Made by a program: the position numbers and the translations under genes
The notes under the pieces: generated by a model
Seen by the model: the letters and a program-made list of their open reading frames with translations, nothing else
Databases searched by the model: none
What the model was told of the DNA's origin: nothing
Origin: Octopus vulgaris
Lineage: Eukaryota
Length of the DNA: 64,000 nucleotides
Assembly (NCBI GenBank): GCA_951406725.2
Contig: OX597839.1
Coordinates: 9,052,001-9,116,000 of the forward strand
Direction: 5' to 3'
Shown here: positions 1 to 13,404 of the stretch, one piece after another
Position numbering within the stretch: the first letter of the stretch is position 1
How the letters are laid out: every line of letters begins with the position of its first letter

Positions 1-220
1 TTCACATTGTTGCTTATTCAGAACAAAATTTCGTTTTTATTTGAAGGCTGACTATTCTAAGCACTTGATGAAAGTGGGGCTTACAAAAATTAATATTCTA
101 CTATTCAAATAGATACAATGATTAAATAAGGTCTTAGGAGTAAGCAACAAAGCAAAAGTACGGTGGGAGATGGGAAGAGACAAGGATGGAGAAAAGAAAT
201 GAATGTGTGTGTACGTCTAT

Positions 221-226
221 CATCAG

Positions 227-270
<44 letters not shown>

Positions 271-552
271 CCACCACGTTCATCATCATCATCACCACGT
301 TCATCATCATCATCACCATGTTCATCATCATCATCACCATGTTCATCATCATCATCACCATGTTCATCATCATCATCACCATGTTCATCATCATCATCAC
401 CACGTTCATCATCATCACCACGTTCATCATCATCATCACCATGTTCATCATCATTATTATCATCACCACGTTCATCATCATCATCAACACGTTCATCATC
501 ATCATCACCACGTTCATCATCATCATCATCACCACATTCATCATCATCATCA
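221..552. repeat. (CAT)n microsatellite with 18-21 bp higher-order unit (CATCATCATCATCACCAYGTT); expanded tail of the adjacent retroposon
   Basis: Periodicity read directly; it abuts the TTTAAC...CATGGGTTGG terminus of the LINE-tail repeat. Confidence 0.9.
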
Positions 553-870
553 ATGTTTAACATCCATTTTCCGTGCTAGCATGGGTTGGACGGTTTGACC
601 AGTGTCTGGGAAGCCAGGAGGCTGCACCAAGCTCCAGTCTGATCTGGCAGTGTTTCTACAGCTGGATGCCCTTCCTAACGCCAACCACTCCATGAGGTTA
701 GTGGGTGCTTTTTACGTGCCACCGGCACAGGTGCCAGACAAGGCTGGCAAACGACCACGATCGGATGGTGCTTTTTATGTGCCACCAGCACGGAGGCCAG
801 GCGAGGCTGGCAACATCCACGATTGGATGGTGCTTTTTATGTGCCACCGGCACGGAGGCGGCGCTGGCAA
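553..870 (-). mobile_element. LINE 3'UTR/tail-derived retroposon (family D, (ATG)n tail, internal GTGCCACCGGCAC subrepeats); other copies about 3865-4415, 8052-8356, 17110-17305, 20598-21361, 32460-32632, 46679-46950, 47790-48205, 51345-51515
   Basis: Shared CTGGATGCCCTTCCTAACGCCAACCAC and GCTAGCATGGGTTGG motifs; copies at 22390 and 47150 are joined to LINE C-terminal coding remnants. Confidence 0.75.
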
Positions 871-1859
871 TAATATATATATAAAAATGTATATTAGATA
901 ATAATATATAGATATGTGTGTGTGTACATATGCATATGTGTGTGTATGTATACATATACATACACACACAAATTTGAGAGATAGGAGCAGTGTGAGGTGG
1001 AAAGAAGAAAAGGAGAGAATGAAATAAGAAAAGAAAGTGAGAAATGTGACAATTTGATTGCACCATGGAGTGTTGTTCTCAGTATAAGCATATATAAAGT
1101 AAGAATTCACACACACACACACACACTATATATGTATGAGAAGAAAGATAGAAAGAAAATATAACACAATGAAAGTGACTTAAAGCAGAGAGAAAAGAAA
1201 ACTAGAAACAGTGTAAGAATGTCTGTAGTGGGAAGCGGTAGATGCTATAAGGGATATGTCTTTGCAATGAGTGGTATTGAAGAATGTAACTAATTTGATA
1301 AAAAGGTTATGTGCAGATCAAGAGACAGTAGAAAATGAAGTAGAGAAAAGTAAAGGTCGGTGATAAAATGCATAGAAGGAAGGAGAAATAGGAGTGAAAA
1401 TAAGGAGAAAATTTCAGTAAAAAGAATTTAATTTTATACATATATAAATTGAAAAATTGAATTAGAAAAATAAAACGGAAAACGAATAAAGCTGAAAATG
1501 AGAAAAAGTTCACGATAAAAGGAAAATAAAACTAAATACAATATAATCTGATAAAATGAAAGTGGAAAATGTTTATAATGGACAGTAGACAAAAACAAGT
1601 TATTTTGTCGATATTAGGTCAAAACACTCAAAAATGGACACAGTATTATGTTATCTCATGTAACAAAGAGAAAGCAATTTTATCTACTAAAAATCCTTTG
1701 TCATCACATTCAAGAGAGTTTCCAAATAATCAGATAATTTCAAAGAATTCCAGAAATATCAAAGGATTTCAATGAAATGCCCTCTACATTGTGTGAAAGA
1801 TTTTTGGCGATGATATTTTGAGACCAGCCCATTTCTTGAATTTAACAAATTGACAGGGG

Positions 1860-2110
1860 ATGTCAAAAAGGAAGAATTTCTTATAGATACATAGCTGCAG
1901 GTCGGAAGAAGTCTCATGGCAGGCCCCCCGCACCAGATGGCCGGATGTGATTGGGGAAGATCTCCCGAGGCTTGACATCACCTTGGAGGATGCAGAGGGG
2001 CTGGCATGAAAATATCAGCAATGGAGATCACTGGTAGACTTGTTCAGCTCTACATATGATGACACCTCTGGGACCACTAACTTGGAATGGCCCCAGCGCC
2101 ATCAAGCAAG
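1860..2110 (+). mobile_element. Degenerate RTE-type LINE C-terminal fragment
   Basis: Translates with a frameshift as GRP..TRWPDVIGEDLPRLDITLEDAEGLA*KYQQWRSLV, the typical RTE ORF end. Confidence 0.55.
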
Positions 2111-2243
2111 GGCATGAAGCCAGCCAGCCACATAGATGACATGACCACAATCATCCAGATTATGGGTTGGCAAATTCAACTACTGACCACACAACTGCAA
2201 AGAAGTCCATTGAATATATATATATATATATCTCTTTCTCTTT

Positions 2244-2625
2244 TACTCTTTTACTTGTTTCAGTCATTTGACTGCGGCCATGCTGGAGCACCGCCTTTAG
2301 TCGAGCAAATCAACCCCGGGACTTATTCTTTGTAAGCCCAGTACTTATTCTATCGGTCTATTTTGCCGAACCGCTAGGTGACGGGGACATAAACACACCA
2401 GCATCGGTTGTCAAGCAATGCTAGGGGGACAAACACAGACACACACACTTATATATATACATATATACGACAGGCTTCTTTCAGTTTCCGTCTGCCAAAT
2501 CCACTCACAAGGCTTTGGTCGTCCCGGGGCTATAGCAGAAGACACTTGCCCAAGATGCCACACAGTGGACTGAACCGGGAACCATGTGGTTGGTTAGCAA
2601 GCTACTTACCACACAGCCACTCCTA
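2244..2625 (-). mobile_element. tRNA-derived CORE-like SINE family A with internal (TA/TG)n
   Basis: Reverse complement of the GGAGTGGCTGTGTGGTAAG...GGTTCAGTCC head and GACTGAAACAAGTAAAAGA tail. Confidence 0.85.
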
Positions 2626-3226
2626 TCTGTGTGTGTATCTTTGTGTCTGTGTTTGTCCCCCACTACTACTTCACAACCAGTGTTGGTATTTTTAAATCCC
2701 ACTAACTTAGCAGTTCTGCAAAGGAAACCAATAGAAATAGTACCAGGCTTACAATAAGAAAAGGGGGGGTTGATTCATTCGACTAAAAATTCTTCAAAGC
2801 AGTGCCCCAGTATGACCTCGGTCTAATGACTGAAGTAAACACTAAAAAGACAATGAATATCAATGGGAATTTTTTTAATTAATTTTAATTGCAGCTGTTA
2901 CTGGAATTCACTTTCAACTAAGTGGACTGAAGAATATGAAACAAAGCGTTTCTCAATGACACACAGTACCACTTCATCAGAGAATGGAAACCATGACCTC
3001 ACACACACACACATATCTGCTGCACACTACCAGCAGATGACACCTAATGTTGGTTTTACCTTACTATAAACTCAGTGCTATGGTACCCAGCAAGTACAGA
3101 TGTCCTACCTCTTGATATGCCTAGAGCCTAATGAATCCTGGAACTAACATATATACATATATATACATACACACACACATTCATACATACATAGCCACTT
3201 AGTGAACTTAGCAACAATCCCAAAGA

Positions 3227-3281
<55 letters not shown>

Positions 3282-3503
3282 TCCTGTCACAACCTGGCTC
3301 ATTGAAAACTGCTTAAATGCAAGAAAGTATACTAGTCCCTTAATATTTGATATTCATTATTTCATCTATTCAATAAAACAATACTTCATTCAATTTTACT
3401 ATATATACTATTTATGCTATATATTCTATATTCTACATTAATATTATAAAGAATATAAATAAAACATAAAAAACAAAGTTGGAATTCCTTTAAATAATAT
3501 ATG

Positions 3504-3547
<44 letters not shown>

Positions 3548-3553
3548 CACACG

Positions 3554-3587
<34 letters not shown>

Positions 3588-5534
3588 TAATTGTGTCGTA
3601 AGTCCAAAGCATTTCTTTTTCAGAAAACAAAAAAAATTGTTTCACCATTCCATAGCAAAACCATTACTACACTTTGACAATTTTTGATATCTTGGCATCT
3701 GAAGCAGCTGGAGATACAATAGTTTGACCAAAAGAGCTGGCTATTGCAAGCAAAAATAGATATTGCAAAAAGTGCATTTGGCCAAAATTGGACATACAAC
3801 AGTTTGACATAATAGCAATGATATATGTAGGTATATATACATACATACATATATACATATATATCATCATCATCATCATTTAACGTCCATTTTCCATGCT
3901 AGCATGGGTTGGATGGTTCGACCGGGGTCTGGGAAGCCAGGAGGCTGCACCAGGCTCCACCCTGATCTGGCAGTGTTTCTACAGCTGGATACCCTTCCTA
4001 ACGCCAACCACTCCATGAGTGTAGCGGGTGCTTTTTACGTGCCACCAGCACAGGTGCCAGTGGAGGCTGGCAACGGCCATGATCGGTTGGTGCTTTTCAT
4101 GTGCCACCGGCACAGAAGCCAGTCAAGGTGGCCCTGGCATCAGCCACGTACGGATGGTGCTTTTTAGGTGCCACTGGCACAGGTGGCAAGGTAGGCTGGC
4201 AACGGCACAGGTGCCAGGGTAGGCTGGCTACGGCACAGGTGCCAGGGTAGGCTGGCAACGGCCATGAATGGTTGGTGCTTTTTACATGCCACCGGCACAG
4301 AAGCCAGTCAAGGCATCGCTGGCATCGGCCACGTACGGATGGTGCTTTTTAGGTGCGGCACAGGTGCCAGGGTAAGTGGCAACGGCCACGAACGGTTGGT
4401 GCTTTTTACGTGACACACCCATACTCCCACATCCCCACATACACATATATACATACTTACACACACTGCAATAATTTGCGCAAGTATTGGTAGAAATATA
4501 CTGAACCTAATATTACTTGGGAAATAAAATAAATAAATATGATTTTGAATTTATTGCCAATCGATTGAGAACAGCCAGACCAGATACATTATACGTCTAT
4601 ATATAATATTTCTAGACAAAATACACCTTTGCGGGTGGCTTTCATACACACTACAAACAATATTTGGGTAGTTATAGTTTAGCTATGAACTGGTGCAATT
4701 ATGACACCATAAATCAGTACACAAACTAATAATTGCTGTTCACAATCAAAATAAATTCTCTTTGGCGTATATTAAATCTGACAATTATACATACATATAC
4801 ATATATACATATATGCACACACACACATATATATATATTTATACATGCACACACATAATATGTCTAGAAATATATAAATGTTTGCTTTTGTATGTAGTTG
4901 TATAAAAATCAAACATCAATTGAAGGGTCACTCAACTTAAGTAGAGTATTACATTTATTTTACGAAGTAAAGGTTGAGAGTGACTTTGAAGTTTCACATT
5001 AGATAAAAAAAACAAGGACTTAAATGGAGGGACCACTAAACATTTTTCCATATTTTTTTATATTTTGTTTCAATCATCAGACTGCAGCAATGCTGTGGCC
5101 CCACCCTAAGGGGTTTAGGGGGTCAAATCGACTCCCAGGACTTATTTTCTTTAAGTCTGGTACTTCGTCTATTCCTTTCGATTGCTGACTCACTTAATTG
5201 GCAAGACGTAAACAAACCAACAGCAGTTATCAAGTGGTGGATGTACAAAAAACAAAGGCTGGCACACAAACACACACACACATTGCAGAATAGGAAATAC
5301 ATCTTTAATATAAATATTAATATTAATAATAACAATACAAATATATATGTGTGTGTGTGTGTGTGTATACACATATATATGTACATTTAGATACATATAT
5401 TTAGATACAGCCTTTATATACAATTTTTATTATGCAAGAGTGTCGTAAGTCCAAAGCATTTCTTTTTCAGAAAACAAAAAAAATTGTTTCACCATATATA
5501 TATATGTATATATATGTGCATGTGTGTATATATA

Positions 5535-5603
<69 letters not shown>

Positions 5604-5612
5604 GGATATATA

Positions 5613-5650
<38 letters not shown>

Positions 5651-6272
5651 GATGGTAGAATGAATGCAGAGATGTACCAAAATATTTTGAACAATAATTT
5701 ATGGGACTCTGTAGAAAAACCTCCAGCTTTGTGAAGGGTGGGTTTTACATCAGGGTAACGATCCTAAGCACACAGCAAAGTCTACCAAAAAATGGATTAC
5801 TGATCACAATATAAAATTATTAGAATGGCTAAGCCAGTGACCTGGCTTGAACCCCATTGAAAATTTGTGGCTTTATTTGAAAATTAAAATTCATTCAAGA
5901 ACCCAAAGTGCATTGCAGATTTGAAGAAAATTTGTCAAGAAGAATGGGAAAAAATTCCTAAAGAAGCATGTGAGTCATTGATTAAGAACTACAAGAAGAG
6001 ATTGGTTGAAGTGGAACTGAATAATGGTTATGCTATGAAGTATTAAATCAGAATTATCAGTTATTTATGTTCTGTATGAATACATTTTTCACCCCTAAAT
6101 ATTTATAATTGAATATAAATTCCTTAGTTACTATAATTTATAAGTTTCTTCTGCATGTTCTTAGTTTATGCATGTGTATGCAAAAATAGTATTGGTATAT
6201 CCCATTTACGTTCATTAGAAATTAAACAAATAAACAATTTTGACATGTATGAATATTTATTTTCCACCACTG
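5651..6272 (+). mobile_element. Tc1-type (DD34E) transposon 3' half, decayed, with right TIR
   Basis: [13 protein letters not shown]...[16 protein letters not shown]...LLEWLSQ*PGLNPIENLW; ends in ...TTTTCCACCACTG followed by TA. Confidence 0.85.
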
Positions 6273-6439
6273 TATATATATTATATAATAGATATATATA
6301 ATATATATTGTGTATTAATAATTGGGTATTATACCAACAGTATATTGGATAGATATTATCCCTTAGTGGGTTGGACCTACAACCCCTAACTTTCTTGGAG
6401 TTATATAATAGTGGTTTTGTCTCTAATTAATATTATATA

Positions 6440-6525
<86 letters not shown>

Positions 6526-7609
6526 AATGTGTGTATGTATGTATATTGCGTATTGAACCCAAGCTGTTATATATGTATTGTTACACACATACACACATAT
6601 ATACATGGGTATCAGTGTGTGTGTGTATATCTATATTTATCTGCATGTATATATATATATATATATATATATGCTTCCATATATGTGTTTCTACGAATTT
6701 GTGTGTATGTGCTTTGTTTACCCAAGATTAACATGCTGCAAAGCATACCGAGGTGTGACGGGTGTGTGAGTAAAATTCTCGATAGTTCAAATGCTTTCAG
6801 TGATGTTTTTTGCGACCTTGTTGATTTCCTATAGAAGCATATTGCTGTTGAACACAATCTCCTGGTACTGCTTTGACCTCTCTATCTTTATGCATTCATC
6901 AATGAATATTTCAATTCACCAGCTATTTTTCGTCCCTCAATTACCCATCTGTGTAATTACTCTGCTAAAAAAGTTCTTTTATATTATTTGCTTCTATTCT
7001 ATGTATTGTATGTTATTTTATTTTTTACTTCATCTGTTATGTTATCTTTACTTTAATCTCTTCTTTTCTTATTCTCCTCCTTGCTATCTTGTTTAAATCA
7101 AGGATGGTTAATTCCTCATTTTCTATATAGCACTTTAACTTAATTGATTTAAGGGTGTTCAAATATACAACAGAAACATTTCTCTCTTATAATAACAACA
7201 TAATATCTCTTGACTTAGGATGCTGACCTATTACTAACCAAACTGATGTAAATTTGTCCAGCTCCAGTCATCCATACATTGTGTATATAGAGAGTTGATA
7301 TTGTGTGTATAGAACAGCTTATGTAACCATGATGTTCTGGTGATCAGATGAGCTGGCTTTCTTTATTTGCATTGATTTGTAAATATACAATTCCATTGTA
7401 TGAATCTGAGCATACATATTAATGTATACATAATTCTTTGCATACAGAAATCTGTCGTACATAAAGAAGGTTGCAAAATGGCCATAACCTTATGGAGGTT
7501 CACATGGTTAAATAAATATATATTCAACTTTCAAATTTCTGGATTTTATGTTTTTATTTATATTTTTCTTCTTTTATTTGTATGTATGTATATATGTATA
7601 TATATATAT

Positions 7610-7781
7610 AGGCGCAGGAGTGGCTGTGTGGTAAGTAGCTTGCTTACGAACCACATGGTTCCGGGTTCAGTCCCACTGTGTGGCACCTTGGGCAAGTGTC
7701 TTCTACTATAGCCCCGGGCCGACCAATGCCTTGTGAGTGGATTTGGTAGCCGGAAACTGAAAGAAGCCTGTCGTATATATG

Positions 7782-7842
<61 letters not shown>

Positions 7843-8030
7843 TTGTCCCCCTAGCATTGCTTGACAACCAACGCTGGTGTGATTACGTCCCCGTCACTTA
7901 GCAGTTCGGCAAAAGAGACCAACAGAATAAGCACTGGGCTTACAAAGAATAAGTCCTGGGGTCGATTTGCTCGACTAAAGGCGGTGCTCCAGCATGGCCG
8001 CAGTCAAATGACTGAAACAAGTAAAAGAGA
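7610..8030 (+). mobile_element. Full-length SINE family A; further copies about 11384-11790(+), 22880-23357(-), 24962-25420(-), 33210-33625(-), 36057-36428(+), 42722-43110(+), 48520-48918(-), 57630-57997(-), 58430-58752(-), 59647-60027(+), 60539-60945(+), 62070-62489(-)
   Basis: Pol III A-box-like TGGCTGTGTGG and B-box-like GGTTCAGTCCC, CORE-like GGCACCTTGGGCAAGTGTC, conserved tail; many near-identical copies in the window. Confidence 0.9.
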
Positions 8031-8354
8031 TAAAGAGATAAAGATATATATCATCATCATCATTTAATGTCCGTTTTCCGCGCTAGCACGGGTTGGAAGG
8101 TTCGACCGGGGTCTGGGAAGCCAGGGGCTGCACCAGGCTTCAGTCTGATCTGGCAGTGTTTCTACAGCTGGATGCCCTTCCTAACGCCAACCACTCCGCG
8201 AGTGTAGTGGGTGCTTTTTACATGCCACCGGCACAGGTGCCAGGGGAGTCTGGCATTGGCCACGATCGATTGGTGCTTTTAACGTGCCACCGGCACGGAA
8301 GCCAGCCAAGGTGGCGCTGGCATCGGCCACGTTCGGATGGTGCTTTTTATGTGC

Positions 8355-8386
<32 letters not shown>

Positions 8387-8954
8387 AGAAGATTGACATC
8401 TAGATATACATATGTGGATACTAATGACATGATCAGATGAGAGGAATTTTATAAAAGCATGTCTCTAGGTTCTGAATAACGCAGCACAAAACACATAAAT
8501 ATAAAAACATACTTTCAGATATTATTCCTTACAAATTATATTTGGGGAGAACTGTGTGCGTATGTGTGAGTGTTTGTGTTTGCGTGTGTGTATGTACATG
8601 CACGTTTGTGTGAGTGCATGTGTATAGTAAAGACACACCCTGAAATTAATAAAATAGACTTGATAGAGTTATGATTTGTAATTTTCGTGCAAAAAGGCAT
8701 TATTTTTATCTATTTATCAAAACAGTATCTGAAACATAGATTATTTGTTATCTAGTTCTGGTAATTCTTTTAACAGACCAAGCACTGGCAACTATAAATT
8801 TCTTCAAACTCACCCTCCTATAATTCTAATTTAATAATAATTTCATATAAATACATTGTGTCTGTGTCTTTGTGTGCGCAAGCGTGTGTGTGCATATATG
8901 TTTTTATATAGGTATCTGTGTGTGTGTTCATTTTATATATATATATATACACAC

Positions 8955-8987
<33 letters not shown>

Positions 8988-9048
8988 CACACACACACAT
9001 ATATACAGATATATATATATACACACACAAATATATACATATATATAC

Positions 9049-9122
<74 letters not shown>

Positions 9123-9220
9123 ATATATGTATATATACACAGATATATATATAAATATACACATATATATATGTGTGTATGTATATATGTGTGTATGTAT
9201 GTATGTGTGTATATATATAA

Positions 9221-9254
<34 letters not shown>

Positions 9255-9766
9255 ACACACACACACACACACTATATATGTGTATTTCAATATTTCACGA
9301 GACTAATAACTACATAGCTATATGTGCATGAGTGTATGTGCATGCAAGTGTGTGTACCACTGCAGTGTGTCTGTATCTGCATGCATTTTTGTAGTGCATA
9401 CGCATGTGTATGCATACATATAATATTTTCTATTTTTCTCTACTTTTCCAACCAGCAAATCTAATTGCCTTTTGGAAATAACTTTTTTTTTTTATTACAC
9501 ATCAATAATGACTTTTTCACTGGTAATGTCTTCCCTGTATACTGATTTCAAATTATTGGCACAAGGTGTGCAATTCTGGGGGAGGGGGTAAGCCGATTAC
9601 ATCTACCCCGGTGATCAAGTGGTACTTATTTTATCGACCTTTAAAGGATGAAAGGCAAAGCTGACTTCAACAGAATTTGAACTCAGAACATAAAGACAGA
9701 CAAAACGCCACAAAGCATTTTGCCCGGCATGCTAACGATTCTGCTAGTGCACCATCTTCATCATCA

Positions 9767-10185
9767 TCATTGTTCGACCGTGGTCGAGACAATGGAATTT
9801 ACCATGCTACGCCAGACTTCACGGTCCATCATAGCATTACGGAGGTCCTGTTGCTGGATGCCTGTATCCCTGGAGATTACATCAGGGTAGGAGAGTGTGC
9901 ATCCTCTGGTATCGCGAGTAGATGGCTTCCAGAGGAGAAGAGTAGAAATTACCTCTTTTTCAGCTCTACAACAATGTCCAGCAAACTGGACTCTTCTACC
10001 TTTCACAAGAGATGATACAGGTGGTAGTTTCCCATATATTTGCATTTTGGTTGGATGACGCTTCCACGAGAGATTTTGAGCTCTCATAAGGAGGCAAGTG
10101 TAGGTTCCATCCAACTGCCTATCAAGCTTCTTTGATAACGTCCAGGTTTCTGAGCCATATAGTAGAATTGGTTTGACTGTGGCTG
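9767..10185 (-). mobile_element. RTE-clade LINE, 5'-truncated 3' end with (TGA)n tail
   Basis: Open frame VKPILLYGSETWTL...RRVQFAGHC...AMMDREVWRSMV* followed by TGATGATGA. Confidence 0.85.
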
Positions 10186-10435
10186 CCATCTTGCGTTCCC
10201 TGTATATTGCAAATATGTAATTCTTTTTCCCAAATAAATTGCACTTCATATTCAAGGTTCTGATGAAGCTATTGAATGTTATTCAGGCACCCAACTATGA
10301 GTCCACTGTATCTTATAGCAAAAACAGCTGTAAGCTAATGAAGTTCATAAAATAACCATTGTTTTTTCTGCATCATCTCTTTTTCTCATATGTGTGTGTA
10401 TGTGTTTGTATGCATACATGTGTGTGTGTGTGTGT

Positions 10436-10714
10436 GTAGGTGCAATGGCCCAGTGGTTGGAGGATCGCGGTTTTGATTCCCAGACCGGGTGTTGTGTGTA
10501 TTTATTGAGCAAAAACACCTAAAAGCTCCATGAGGCTCTTGCTGGGGTGGGGGTGGAAACCCCTGTTGTACTCTTTTGCCACAACTTTCTCTCACTCACT
10601 CTTCCTGTTTCTTGTGTAAGGCTGTGATGGACTGGTGTCCCGTCCAGCTGGGGGGAACACATACACCACAGAAACCAGGCCCATGAGCCTGGCTAGGCTT
10701 GAAAAGGGCAACGT

Positions 10715-10715
<1 letters not shown>
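10436..10715 (+). mobile_element. tRNA-derived SINE family C (GGCGCAATGGCCCAGTGGTTAGG head); other copies 19373-19745(+), 24367-24650(+), 31050-31433(-), 43155-43455(-), 44690-44877(-), 58975-59280(-)
   Basis: A-box TGGCCCAGTGG, B-box GGTTTCGATTCCC, shared body TTTATTGAGCGAAAACACCTAAAGCTCCA. Confidence 0.8.
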
Positions 10716-10775
<60 letters not shown>

Positions 10776-10864
10776 TATATACATATATATATACATATAT
10801 ATATACATATATATACATACATATATATACATATATATATATACATATATATACATATATATAT

Positions 10865-10941
<77 letters not shown>

Positions 10942-11548
10942 GTGGATATATACATATGCACACTCTCTCTCTCACACACACACTCACACACATTATAGTA
11001 TACCCCACAGATATTGTTTTGATGGAAACCAACACTTGTTATTTTAGTGATTTATAGTATCTTAAGTACAACAGTTCACTTCTGAATATTGTTTGGAGTA
11101 AGGATAGAAACCACCCGTGAAGATATATCTTGTCTAGAAACAGGCAAAATATATCTGGTCTGACGGTTTCCAATTGCTGAGCAATAAACATGAAATTATG
11201 TGGCTAAGCTTATTAATCTTACTAATACTGACATAAATTACTGTATCTCTTTCGTAAACACATGCAAAAACACACTGTGGGACAAACCCATTGTAGCGCA
11301 GGCTTTCACTGCTACAAGCCACTTGATGCAGTCCTCAGGCATCAGTCAGCTGAATGGTGTCATCGAGAAAAGTCACAGGAGGACTGTGGCTGTGTGGTAA
11401 GTAGCTTGCTTACAAACCACATGGTTCCTGGTTCAGTCCCACTGCGTGGCACCTTGGGAAAGTGTCTTCTACTATAGCCTTGGGCCGACCAAAGCCTTGT
11501 GAGTGGATTTGGTAGACGGAAACTGAAAGAAGCCCGTCGTATATATGC

Positions 11549-11584
<36 letters not shown>

Positions 11585-11805
11585 TTGTGTGTCTATGTTT
11601 GTCCCCCCCAACATCACTTGACAACTGATGCTGGTGTGTTTATGTCCCCGTAACTTAGCGGTTCAGCAAAAAGAGACCGATAGAATAAGTACTAGGCTTA
11701 CAAAGAATAAGTCCTGGGGTCAATTTGCTCGACTAAAAAGGTGGTGCTCCAGCATGGCCACAGTCAAATGACTGAAACAAGTAAAAGAGTAAAAGAGAGT
11801 GAAAG

Positions 11806-12462
11806 AGTAAACTTGTTGATATGACTGGTGTGTTCTGGAGCTCCTGCCAATGAATTTTGAGCAAGGAATTGTGAATGAAAAGAGTTGCAGCAAAATTTGT
11901 GCCTCATTTGCTCACGGAAGATCAAAAACAGTCATGACTAAATGCATGTTGTGAACTAAAAGAACAGTTGGAAGTTGATCTGAACCTTTTACTGAAGGTC
12001 ATCACTGGTGACAAAGGCTGATGCTACAGAATCTGCAGATGTGAAGAAAAAACGATGGAGGTGTTAGATGTCTTGCAAACAACTTGCACATGCAAGTGCT
12101 ACCAGTCAAAAGCACCATATACCGGAAGCCAGCAAGTGTATGGGGTCATCAGGAGAGAATGCCTACCTCTGGACGGCATCAATGCGCACCGGCCCCCCTC
12201 ACTGATATGAGGCCCCGCTTACTAGATCAGCTGGTTATTAAATTAAGCTCAATATCCTTCTAGCCATCGCTCATCGTCTCTTTTTAACCAAATCCAGTAT
12301 CACTTCGCAAGAATTCCAGCAGCTCTTCAAATAGTGAAAAATGCTCCTGGTCGGATGCATTGCTTCAAATGGAGAATACTTTGAAGGCAATAAAAGTGTA
12401 AACATATAAAAGTGAATAAAATAATATTGAAAAATTCTGGCTTCTTCAGGGTACCGCCCTTG
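11806..12462 (+). mobile_element. Decayed mariner transposase fragment with internal deletion, interrupted by a HERO 3' end
   Basis: RVAAKFVPHLLTEDQKQS*LNAC...VITGDKG*CY (WVPHEL and ITGDE-like motifs) and C-terminal CIASNGEYFEG. Confidence 0.8.
12075..12298 (-). mobile_element. HERO-like (R2-group) non-LTR element 3' end
   Basis: WIWLKRDDERWLEG* plus a 3'UTR homologous to 56518-56772. Confidence 0.6.
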
Positions 12463-12498
12463 TATGTATGTATGTATGTATGTATGTATGTATGTATG

Positions 12499-12533
<35 letters not shown>

Positions 12534-12536
<3 letters not shown>

Positions 12537-12762
12537 GAGAGTTTACGAAAAAAACAAAAGACGAAGACAGGTGGTGTACAAAACAAACAGATATATTAGT
12601 ATAACGCTCAGGAACAGAAAAAGTCTTTTACGTTTCGAGCCTACGCTCTTCTACAGAAAGGGGCACAGAAAAAAACAAGGAGAGAAACAAGGAGAGAAAA
12701 AAATGTGTGTAGTGGCTAACGATCTATCATGGCGACTCAATGTGTGTAGTGGCTAACGATCT

Positions 12763-12768
<6 letters not shown>
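12534..12768 (-). mobile_element. (TA)n-embedded hammerhead-bearing non-coding element, family H1
   Basis: Homologous to 12795-12990, 40743-40835, 54358-54545 and 56262-56440; flanked by (TA)n. Confidence 0.75.
12625..12660 (-). ncRNA. Minimal type I hammerhead ribozyme motif (A6U variant)
   Basis: CUUU-CUGUAGA-A-GAGC(GUAG)GCUC-GAA-ACGU-A-AAAG. Confidence 0.65.
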
Positions 12769-12798
<30 letters not shown>

Positions 12799-12881
12799 GA
12801 ATTTACAAAAAGCAAAAGACAAAGACAGGTGTGTAAGCAACAAACAGATGTATTAGTTTAACGCTCGGGAAGTGAGAAAGT

Positions 12882-12917
12882 CTTTTACGTTTCAAGCCAA
12901 CGCTCTTCGTCAGAAAG
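12882..12917 (-). ncRNA. Minimal type I hammerhead ribozyme with canonical core
   Basis: CUUU-CUGACGA-A-GAGC(GUUG)GCUU-GAA-ACGU-A-AAAG; stem I CUUU/AAAG, palindromic stem III, GUA cleavage triplet. Confidence 0.8.
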
Positions 12918-13001
12918 GAACACAAGGAAATAAACAAAGAGAGAAAATAGAAAAAGGTTTAGTGGATAGCAATCTATCATGGTGAATGCTGGACAGCATT
13001 C

Positions 13002-13039
13002 AAAGCAATGATTAGAAATTTACGAAACCGGTATGCTTT
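13002..13039 (+). ncRNA. Type I hammerhead motif with A3-U8 compensatory core
   Basis: AAAGCA-AUGAUUA-GAAAUUUAC-GAA-ACCGGU-A-UGCUUU; perfect 6-bp stem I, weak stem II. Confidence 0.65.
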
Positions 13040-13236
13040 TAAATCTCTTTAACAATTCACAAAAATGACTTTTATTACTTTTATTCCTACCTCAGTTCAT
13101 TTAATTGCAGATATCTATCGTTACTTTCCATAAAAAGCCTTTACTTTTTTAGATTTCCTATGTGCATTTTTGCTTATTTTTTTCTTACTTTCCCCTTACA
13201 TGTAGTTTCTATTTTCTTTTTGTAACATATTTCTAT

Positions 13237-13314
<78 letters not shown>

Positions 13315-13363
13315 ACATACATACATACATATATTTATGCATACATATATACACACACAGACA

Positions 13364-13404
<41 letters not shown>

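Noticed and set aside
105-598. Poly-Asp, poly-His, poly-Ser and poly-Met ORFs
   Set aside because: Reading frames through a (CAT)n-derived retroposon tail; no splice or coding context
8818-9317. YIYI/CVCV/HTHT ORFs here and throughout the window
   Set aside because: Stop-free translations of (TA)n and (CA)n microsatellites
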